A stretch of 26,395 bases of DNA, taken from Chthonomonadales bacterium. GTDB lineage: Bacteria > Armatimonadota > Chthonomonadetes > Chthonomonadales > Chthonomonadaceae. Location: contig JBBQPO010000053.1 in NCBI GenBank assembly GCA_038217285.1, positions 1-26,395 of the forward strand, in the 5' to 3' direction. The stretch's first letter is position 1. Each line of letters starts with the position of its first letter. The notes beneath the pieces are model-generated. The model searched no databases and was not told where the DNA came from. It saw only the letters and a program-made list of their open reading frames with translations. Positions 1 through 6,273 of the stretch are shown in pieces. The position numbers were made by a program, and so were the translations under genes.

Positions 1-1013
1 TTTTCCAGTACGACAGGGGGTACGTCCCGGATCGTATATTTCATTGCGGACAACCCGACCCCGCCCTGTTTCACGTCGTAGACCTGCTCGCCGGGGACGA
101 ACTGCCCGTCTTTGGCCTTCTTTACCGTATCGAAGACGGCGGTATCGATGTGCTTGACCATGCTGGTCAGGACGCTGCCGGGAGCCTCATCATCCTGATC
201 GCGATCAACTCCGATGGCGTAAAAGCCCTTGCCCTTCTCCTTAGCGGCTTGAATCACGCCGAGGCCCGCTTTGCCTGCAGCCTGAAACACGATGTCTGCC
301 CCGTTGCCAAAGAGTTGATTCGCCTGATTTTTCCCTTTGCTGACATCGTTCCAGTCGCCGGTATAAGAGGCCAGAACCTGCTTTTCGGGGTCGAAACCCG
401 CCGCCTTGGCGCCGGCTTTGTAGCCTGCCTCGAACTTCTCGATCAGCGGGATCTGCATCCCGCCGACGAAACCGATCTTCTTCGTCTTGCTGACGGCCGC
501 CGCGACATAACCGGCCAGAAACGAGCCCTGCTCTTCCTTGAACTTCAGAGAGACACAGTTCGTCGCTCCCGCAGGCGCGTTGCCGTCCACGATGGCGAAC
601 TTCACGCCCGGCGACTCGGCAGCGACCTGTTTCAGGGCGTCCTCCATCGCGAACCCGACGGCGATCACAACGTCGTAGCCCTGTGTGGCGAAGGTGCGCA
701 GATTGGAGGTGTAGTCGGCTGCCGACTTCGTCTCGACATACTTAATGTCGTCCGTGCCGAGCCCCAGTTCCTTCTGCGCCTTCTGCAGCCCGGCCCAGGC
801 TGCGGCATTGAACGATTTATCGTCTACACCGCCGATATCGAGCACCAGGGCCGCACGGAAGCGTTTGCCCGCCACAGCCACAGGCTTCGTTCCGTCGGCC
901 GGTTTCGGCGTATCCCCTCCGGTTGTCTCCGACTTGGGGCCGGGACAGCCTGTCAGCCCCACGATGGCCAACAGTCCCATCAGACAGACCGCTCTTCGGG
1001 TGTTCGTTTGCAT
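1..1013 (-). CDS. BMP family ABC transporter substrate-binding lipoprotein (PnrA/TmpC-like, probably nucleoside-binding); 3' end runs off the window
   Basis: Not in the ORF track because there is no stop in the window; translated by hand. ATG at 1013 follows SD GGGAGAGG. Sequence begins MQTNTRRAVCLMGLLAIVGLTGC (lipobox LTGC) and contains BMP motifs GGVDDKSFN, EEQGSFLAG, KIGFVGG, GADIVFQAAG, AIGVDRDQ and LTSMVK. Confidence 0.93.
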   Translation of the reverse strand, partial: MQTNTRRAVCLMGLLAIVGLTGCPGPKSETTGGDTPKPADGTKPVAVAGKRFRAALVLDIGGVDDKSFNAAAWAGLQKAQKELGLGTDDIKYVETKSAADYTSNLRTFATQGYDVVIAVGFAMEDALKQVAAESPGVKFAIVDGNAPAGATNCVSLKFKEEQGSFLAGYVAAAVSKTKKIGFVGGMQIPLIEKFEAGYKAGAKAAGFDPEKQVLASYTGDWNDVSKGKNQANQLFGNGADIVFQAAGKAGLGVIQAAKEKGKGFYAIGVDRDQDDEAPGSVLTSMVKHIDTAVFDTVKKAKDGQFVPGEQVYDVKQGGVGLSAMKYTIRDVPPVVLE

Positions 1014-1086
1014 GCCTCTCCCTTTCGCCTCCGCAGCGTTCTCCTGCAGTTTTAACCAGTCTCGTCTTCAAACAACGGTCGTGCGC

Positions 1087-2769
1087 TCAGCGCATCTTGT
1101 GGATCGCTTCGCCTTTGACATCCAGCGCCGCTTCGCCCATCGCTTCGGAGAGGGTGGGGTGGGCGTGAATCGTCGTCATCAACTCTTCGATGGTCGCTTC
1201 CAGCTTGATCGCGACGACCGCTTCATGGATCATCTCGGTCGCGTAGGGGCCGACGATGTGAACGCCGAGAACTTCCCCGTATTTGCGCTCCGTGATGACC
1301 TTGACCATGCCTTCTTGCTCGTTCAGGGCCATGGCGCGGCCGAGAGGACGGAACGGGAAGCGTCCGGTCATCACGTCGTAGCCCTTCGCCCGGGCTTCGT
1401 CCTCGGTCAAGCCGACGGAGGCCAGTTCCGGCGATGTGTAGATCGGAGCGGGGACCGCGCGATAGTCCATCTTGACCTGATGTCCCATGGCATTTTCCGA
1501 AGCCACGATGCCCATGTGGGAGCCGAGATGGGCGAGCAGCATCTTGCCCGTAATATCGCCGATCGCGTAGATGTTCGGCACCGTCGTTTGCAGATAGTCG
1601 TTTACGACGACGCCTCGCTTCGCCATGGGGCCTTCCGTCACGACCTGAACGCCGACCTTTTCGAGATTGAGGCCCTCGGTAAGAGGTTTGCGGCCCGCTC
1701 CGACAAGCACTACATCGACCTCGATGGTTTTGGTCTCCTGCTCGCCCTGAATGGTGACGATGCGGACGCCATCTTTCTGCTCGACCCTGGTGACTTTCGA
1801 ACTCAGATGGAAACGGATGCCCTGCTTCTTGAGGCTCTTGCGCAGTTCGGCGGCCACCTCTTTGTCGCCAGTCGGCAGGATTTCCGGGGCGATCTCGACC
1901 AGATCCACCTCCGCGCCAAGGCTACGGAACACATAGGCGAACTCCAGGCCGACCGCGCCGGCGCCGATCACGACCATGCGTTTCGGACACTCTTTCGCAT
2001 AGACCGCTTCATCGCTCGTCCAGATACCGTTGCTGCTGATACCGCGGGGATCGAGCGGATCTTTCGCGAGGCCGGGAACGGGCGGCATGATCGGCACGGA
2101 TCCTGTCGCGAGGATGATATTCTTCGCGGTGATGCGCTCGGTTTTGCCGTCGGCGCCCACCACCTCGACCGTATTGGCATCGACCAGCGAGGCCGAACCG
2201 AGGACCGCGCGGACATGATTGCTTTTCAGCAGGGCGGAGACGCCGCCGCGCAGGGTGGTGACGACTTTCGTCTTCCGTTCCATCATCTTGGCGAAGTCGA
2301 AACCGATCTCGCCGCTGATGGTCACGCCCATCACCGCTGCCGTCCGTACATGATGCAGGCGCTCGGTGCTGGCGATGAGCGTTTTGGTGGGGATGCAGCC
2401 CCAGTTCAGACAGGTGCCGCCCCATTCGCTCGCTTCGCGCTCGATACAGACGGTGCGCGCGCCGAGCTGGGCGGCGCGAATGGCACAGACGTAACCGCCG
2501 GGGCCGGAGCCGATAACGACGATATCGGCGTCAAATTCTCCCGTTGGGGACATGCGTGGTTGCTCCTCTGGTTGGTTAGACAGCAGGCGGTCGACAATGT
2601 CGTTGACCTGCTGTTCATCCGGTATTTCCTCTATAATTATAGTACGTCGGGAAGTGTCGGGAAGTATCTCTGCAGGAGGCGGTTCGGCAACTACCTGACT
2701 CTGTTCGTCCGTGGTGAGGGCGGGGCTGGCGTTCTTGGCGGGGCGAGTAACGCGTTTTTTGTCGGACAC
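1087..2769 (-). CDS. lpdA: dihydrolipoyl dehydrogenase (E3) with N-terminal extension
   Basis: FAD-binding GSGPGG, redox disulfide GGTCLNWGCIPTK, NAD-binding GAGAVG, catalytic HAHPTLSE. GTG start at 2769 with GGAGG SD; alternative ATG at 2553. Confidence 0.96.
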   Translation of the reverse strand: MSDKKRVTRPAKNASPALTTDEQSQVVAEPPPAEILPDTSRRTIIIEEIPDEQQVNDIVDRLLSNQPEEQPRMSPTGEFDADIVVIGSGPGGYVCAIRAAQLGARTVCIEREASEWGGTCLNWGCIPTKTLIASTERLHHVRTAAVMGVTISGEIGFDFAKMMERKTKVVTTLRGGVSALLKSNHVRAVLGSASLVDANTVEVVGADGKTERITAKNIILATGSVPIMPPVPGLAKDPLDPRGISSNGIWTSDEAVYAKECPKRMVVIGAGAVGLEFAYVFRSLGAEVDLVEIAPEILPTGDKEVAAELRKSLKKQGIRFHLSSKVTRVEQKDGVRIVTIQGEQETKTIEVDVVLVGAGRKPLTEGLNLEKVGVQVVTEGPMAKRGVVVNDYLQTTVPNIYAIGDITGKMLLAHLGSHMGIVASENAMGHQVKMDYRAVPAPIYTSPELASVGLTEDEARAKGYDVMTGRFPFRPLGRAMALNEQEGMVKVITERKYGEVLGVHIVGPYATEMIHEAVVAIKLEATIEELMTTIHAHPTLSEAMGEAALDVKGEAIHKMR

Positions 2770-2876
2770 GCGGAAGCCTCCTGGCTATTCTATCCACTGT
2801 GGGAAGATGTGTCGGTGTGGGGAGAAGGCCGGCAAATGCCGCGCGTTTCTCTCCAGGCGACCCTGGCACAGCGGTA

Positions 2877-2906
2877 AGTATAGCATAAGCGACAGCGGCC
2901 CGTCAA
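2877..2906 (-). promoter_or_regulatory. sigma70-type promoter for lpdA-bmp
   Basis: Minus strand TTGACG-N18-TATACT with an extended -10 (TGC TATACT). Same architecture as the ilvB promoter at 20762-20791. Confidence 0.7.
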
Positions 2907-2950
2907 CGCGGGGAGAGGGCGTCCTCGACTTCGGCGCGCGTCGGAAGAGA
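2903..2950 (-). repeat. displaced, diverged duplicate of the rbsK 3' end (att-like boundary)
   Basis: Translates as SLPTRAEVEDALSPR* versus the rbsK end SLPTRSEVEAALPVRVTPQN*. Positions 2915-2950 match 5356-5391 at 30/36 nt, and 4 of the 6 differences are synonymous. Confidence 0.8.
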
Positions 2951-3042
2951 AATATGCCCGTCCGCTTCTGTCGCACCCTGGAGCGGCGTAACGCAGTTGA
3001 GGAGACGGAAGCGTTACGTAATGCTTCGGGAGTGGCAATCTG

Positions 3043-3363
3043 ATGCCTCAACCCAAGATCCATGCTTCCAATGCGGCGCGTCAGGCGGCTTTTCGCGCTC
3101 GCCGTGACCAGACCCGTCAGGCGGAGATTGCCGCCAAGGGGTTGCCTTCGCTCCCAATTATTGCCAGTCTGCCTGGGGGGGCGCGTTGGAATGCCTCGTT
3201 CAAAGCGGCTCATGAGTTGATCGCAGGTAGCCTGCGTGAGATGCAGGACTATTGCGAGGATCGCTCTGAGAACTGGCAAGAGAGCGAACGCGGCGAAGCA
3301 CATCAAGAGAAGATCACCTCGGTGGAAAGCGTCTTCGATGCCTTGGGCGATCTACTCTCGTAA
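3043..3363 (+). CDS. hypothetical 106-aa protein, probable IS passenger, with basic N-terminal SNAARQAAFRARR helix and DRSENWQESERGE motif
   Basis: Intact ORF with GGGAG SD. Its ATG overlaps the TGA of an upstream frame (TGATG). It lies ~160 nt from the IS21-like end. Confidence 0.75.
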   Translation: MPQPKIHASNAARQAAFRARRDQTRQAEIAAKGLPSLPIIASLPGGARWNASFKAAHELIAGSLREMQDYCEDRSENWQESERGEAHQEKITSVESVFDALGDLLS

Positions 3364-3522
3364 GGTTCGTCCGGACCTGCTGTTGCGCCCGAGGCGATTT
3401 TCCCTTCGCTCTCGGGCCTGCGGCCCGTTCCCTGCGGCAAAATCGCTGGCTCTGAGCCTGTAGGGACAGTGGCGAGTATTCGGAAAGGAGGCGTCCACAA
3501 CCGTTTCGATTTACCCTCGTAG

Positions 3523-3570
3523 GTGGGCCAATCTCGAATATCGAAGTGGGCCAAACCGGGTTGTCAAAAC
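3523..3570. mobile_element. IS21-family-like terminal repeat region (single end)
   Basis: Two GTGGGCCAA units 23 bp apart (3523, 3546) ending in TGTCAAAAC. Reiterated subterminal repeats are typical of IS21 ends. It abuts the point where the neighbouring transposase homology stops. Confidence 0.6.
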
Positions 3571-3829
3571 CAAGGAGATAGACGCCCTCGGGATCGTAAC
3601 AAAACAACTCGAAGAAGCGCCATTGGATGGCTTCCCAGTCGATCTTGGTATGGAAGAAGCGATGCACGGTGCGGTAGCTGGCTCCTGTTGGGGTCCATCG
3701 GGAGATACCTAACTGAGTGATGCGTCCGGTCATGGCGAGCATGGCCACGACGATAGAATGCAGTTGCCGACAGGAAGTTTTGGTCAACTCGGGTGTAAGG
3801 GCGAGTAAGAGTGGTAAAATAGGAATCAT
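3571..3829 (-). pseudogene. N-terminal fragment (~86 codons) of an IS4/IS701-like DDE transposase
   Basis: MIPILPLLLAL...RQLHSIVVAMLAMTGRITQLGISRW...SYRTVHRFF...VYLL matches the N-terminus of this transposase group as I recall it. It is cut just before the expected first catalytic Asp. The rest of ORF 3314..3829 is read-through into the IS21-like end. Confidence 0.8.
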
Positions 3830-3915
3830 GGGTTTTCGGCCTTCGACAGTTGTTGGATTGGCGTCTACAACTTCGATCCGAAAGCCCTATTCTCATTCAG
3901 GATGCGCCACTCGTT

Positions 3916-3930
3916 TTGGCGAAGGTATTG
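3916..3930 (-). repeat. probable left terminal inverted repeat of the IS4/IS701-like element
   Basis: CAATACCTTCGCCAA on the minus strand, ~100 nt upstream of the transposase ATG. It resembles termini I recall for this group. No partner end is in the window. Confidence 0.55.
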
Positions 3931-4138
3931 GCTTATAGCGAGCATTATCCTGCGGATGTGATCGTCATGCTAATCTCCTGTCTTCCCTTACGCGACCAAC
4001 CCGGAGAAGGCCTTGATCTCTCTTGGACCGAGGTATCTTGAGAAGATCAGGCTGAACAATCTCCGCATATCTTCGAACGTATTGCACCGGGGAATCATAC
4101 TGCGCTCTTGTATTACTGATGTCGTCAACCAAGTATCT

Positions 4139-4462
4139 TCATCGATAAAGGACCAGCACTCTCTCTTTTGGGTCGTCGGTTTTCCGCGACTTTATGCCGA
4201 TTTCAATCTCTTGATCCAGTGCATCGAGGCATTGAAACAGTCGGTCTATTGTAAACCCACTCAAACGTCCACGAACGATGTTGCTGACATCGGGTTGGGA
4301 CAGATTCATACGCTGTGCGGCCTCAGTTTGCGTCCATTTTGCATCGGCTATTAGATGTTCTATGTAGAGAGCGATACGGGCTTTGGCCTGTCGATCACTC
4401 GGATTGGGCAGGCCTAGATCGGCGAAAACGTTACCGCTTCCCTCCTGAATCTCTGGTTCCAT
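4139..4462 (-). CDS. XRE/HTH_37 family antitoxin (HigA-like)
   Basis: MEPEIQEGSGNVFADLGLP...WTQTEAAQRMNLSQPDVSNIVRGRLSGFTIDRL. ATG at 4462 with AGGAG SD. The ORF-track start at 4735 is an overextension. Confidence 0.92.
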   Translation of the reverse strand: MEPEIQEGSGNVFADLGLPNPSDRQAKARIALYIEHLIADAKWTQTEAAQRMNLSQPDVSNIVRGRLSGFTIDRLFQCLDALDQEIEIGIKSRKTDDPKERVLVLYR

Positions 4463-4472
4463 ACTCTTTCTC

Positions 4473-4848
4473 CTATTGCTTTTTGACCCCATAAAGCGCC
4501 TTGTAGTGCTTATCGGCATCACTGAGACGCGATTTGATAGTATTGACATCCTGTTGAGAAGTCCGGATTCCTGATTTGCTCTTCTTCTGAAATGCGTGGA
4601 GCACATAGACGGCTTCTGCAAAACGGACGGTGTATATGCATCTATAGGTGTCGCCATCATAATCGTCCTTGATCTCCAGTACTTTGGCTCCACTAAAACC
4701 ACGAAGGACACTGGCGTTATGAGGCTTGCCCCCAAAATTGCACTTGGAGCAGAGCCTTTCCCACCACATCCTTCACGTCTTCCGGCATTTCTCTTACATC
4801 ATCCCGAGAAGAACCCACCCAGTAAACGGGACGAAGGTTAATTTCCAT
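4473..4848 (-). pseudogene. RelE/ParE superfamily (Gp49/HigB-like) toxin with a +1 frameshift
   Basis: N-part MEINLRPVYWVGSSRDD...LLQVQF and C-part GGKPHNA...DTYRCIYTVRFAEAVYVLHAFQKKSKSGI are in different frames. Total length is 376 nt (3n+1), with the break at TTTTGGGGG (4729-4737). Confidence 0.88.
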
Positions 4849-4870
4849 GCTATCGGTTCCCTTCGACCCA

Positions 4871-4899
4871 ATTATAGCCGATTTACTATAGTTCGTCAA
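4871..4899 (-). promoter_or_regulatory. promoter of the higBA-like module with overlapping palindromic operator
   Basis: TTGACG-N17-TATAAT. Inverted repeat TATAG-N8-CTATA (4873-4890) covers the spacer and -10. Confidence 0.8.
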
Positions 4900-4936
4900 T
4901 GGCCAATGGGATTACTTTCGAAGTCCAACCGTTACC

Positions 4937-4978
4937 TTATACGGGTAGATGAGTATCGAAGAAGTGCTTGGTTGCCAC
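4937..4978 (-). pseudogene. 5' stub of a PIN-domain (VapC-like) toxin
   Basis: GTG overlaps the upstream stop (TAGTG). Reads MATKHFFDTHLPV*, i.e. the hydrophobic-D-T-H start of PIN toxins, then ends. Confidence 0.5.
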
Positions 4979-5197
4979 TAAATATCGATGTCCTCACCCC
5001 GCCATTCGGCGCTCTTGAAATCTTCTTCTGTGAGTGCCTGGAGTTGCGGAAACATGCCGAATATGATCATCTTCGGCTGCATTTCAGTCGCCTCCGGTTC
5101 CTCGGAAATAACCGTCACCTTGTATTTTCCGAGTCTTCGACAGTTTGCTGAACTGCTTGATGAGTTGTTCGGGCGTTCCTTCATAGACGTGTGCCAT
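4978..5197 (-). pseudogene. small acidic putative antitoxin (VapB-like), +1 frameshift
   Basis: GGAGGT SD and ATG at 5197 give MAHVYEGTPEQLIKQFSKLSKTRK. The reading continues in another frame as YKVTVISEEP...FGMFPQLQALTEEDFKSAEWRGEDIDI*. Total length is 220 nt (3n+1), with the break at an A4 run (5125-5128). Confidence 0.65.
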
Positions 5198-5227
5198 GTG
5201 TCTTACCTCCGGTTTCATCTTCTCTCT

Positions 5228-5236
5228 ATTATATCA
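5228..5236 (-). promoter_or_regulatory. extended -10 promoter for the vapBC-like relic
   Basis: TGA-TATAAT ~30 nt upstream of the ATG at 5197. Confidence 0.5.
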
Positions 5237-5328
5237 GGACTTACAGGAGAGAGCAGGGTATTGCCTCCGGCGGTCAGGCCAACGCCTGTTCTTTTCAGGT
5301 CGTTAGATCGATATGCGGCCAGATGAAT

Positions 5329-6273
5329 TTAGTTCTGCGGCGTTACGCGTACTGGAAGGGCGGCCTCGACTTCGGAGCGGGTCGGGAGGGAGGGCTGCGC
5401 GCCCGCTCGCGTGACGGAGATGGCGGCGGCCTGGGCGGCAAACCGGGCCGCCTCGTCCAGCGAACGGCCTTCCGCGATAGCTACCGCGAGTGCGCCCGTG
5501 AAGCAGTCCCCGGCGGCCGTGGTATCGACGGCGGTAACGGCAAAGGCCGGTAGGCGACGAATGCCCGTGCCATCCGCCAGGACACATCCGTTTTCGCCCA
5601 GAGTGACGACAACAGCCTTGACGCCCCGGTCCAGCAGACGAGAGGCCACCGATTCCCAATCAAGGCCGTCGATTGTCTCGTAGCCGAGCAGAGCCGCAGC
5701 TTCGTGTTCGTTCGGTGTCAACACATCGATCTGCGTCAGCAGCGAATCGGGCAGGGGGGCGGTAGGAGAGGCGGGAGCCGGATTCAGGATGACCCGAACA
5801 CCGGCGGCGTGGGCTCGTTGTGCGGCATAGAGGACGGTCTCGACGGGGATCTCCATCTGGAGAAGGACGGCGGACGCGCTTTCGATAGCGGAGAACGCCT
5901 GCTCGACATCGCTCGCCGTGACCTTATAGTTCGCTCCGGACGCGACCGTGATCGCGTTTTGTCCCTTCGCATCGACACCGATCAGCGCGACGCCTGTCGG
6001 TTCTGTCGGGTCGGTTTGCAGGAAGGTGGTATCGATACCATCGGCCTGCAAACCGACCCGGATGGCCTCCCCGAAGAGGTCCGGGCCGACACGCCCTACA
6101 AAGGTGACCTCCGCGCCCAGGCGGGCGGCGGCGACCGCCTGATTGGCGCCCTTCCCACCCGGAATCTGCCGAAACGCTTCTCCCAGGACTGTCTCGCCGG
6201 GAGCTGGAATATGTGCCGAGCGTACAACGAGATCCATATTCGCGCTGCCGATGACGACAAGACGGGGCTTCAT
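5329..6273 (-). CDS. rbsK: ribokinase
   Basis: GSANMD, PGGKGANQAVAAARLG, LNPAP, TPNEHEA and DTTAAGDCFTG PfkB motifs. ATGA overlap with the upstream gene. Confidence 0.95.
   Translation of the reverse strand: MKPRLVVIGSANMDLVVRSAHIPAPGETVLGEAFRQIPGGKGANQAVAAARLGAEVTFVGRVGPDLFGEAIRVGLQADGIDTTFLQTDPTEPTGVALIGVDAKGQNAITVASGANYKVTASDVEQAFSAIESASAVLLQMEIPVETVLYAAQRAHAAGVRVILNPAPASPTAPLPDSLLTQIDVLTPNEHEAAALLGYETIDGLDWESVASRLLDRGVKAVVVTLGENGCVLADGTGIRRLPAFAVTAVDTTAAGDCFTGALAVAIAEGRSLDEAARFAAQAAAISVTRAGAQPSLPTRSEVEAALPVRVTPQN

Larger units (their letters stand above)
2951..5328. mobile_element. decayed accessory island inserted at the rbsK 3' end (IS remnants and TA relics)
   Basis: Bounded by the two rbsK 3' ends. 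Contains an IS21-like end, a transposase fragment and two TA modules. The TA part looks more AT-rich than the flanks by eye. No integrase is present. Confidence 0.7.

Noticed and set aside
150-2877. Long plus-strand ORFs 150..1055 and 745..2877
   Set aside because: Antisense shadows of bmp and lpdA, typical of high-GC codon bias; no recognisable motifs.
3523-3570. 23-bp-period repeat as a CRISPR array
   Set aside because: Only two short units, no spacers of CRISPR length and no cas genes; an IS end explains it better.
3314-3829. 171-aa ORF as an intact transposase
   Set aside because: Only the first ~86 codons are transposase-like; the remainder is read-through across the IS21-like end.
3931-4138. 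Short minus-strand ORFs (36 aa MIPRCNTF...; 7 aa MTITSAG after an AGGAG)
   Set aside because: No recognisable similarity; probably decayed island sequence.
5277-5308. ATCTAAC...GTTGGCC hairpin after rbsK resembling an integron attC core pair
   Set aside because: About 32 bp, too short for attC. It is not repeated between the TA genes and no integron integrase is present. More likely an ordinary 3' hairpin.
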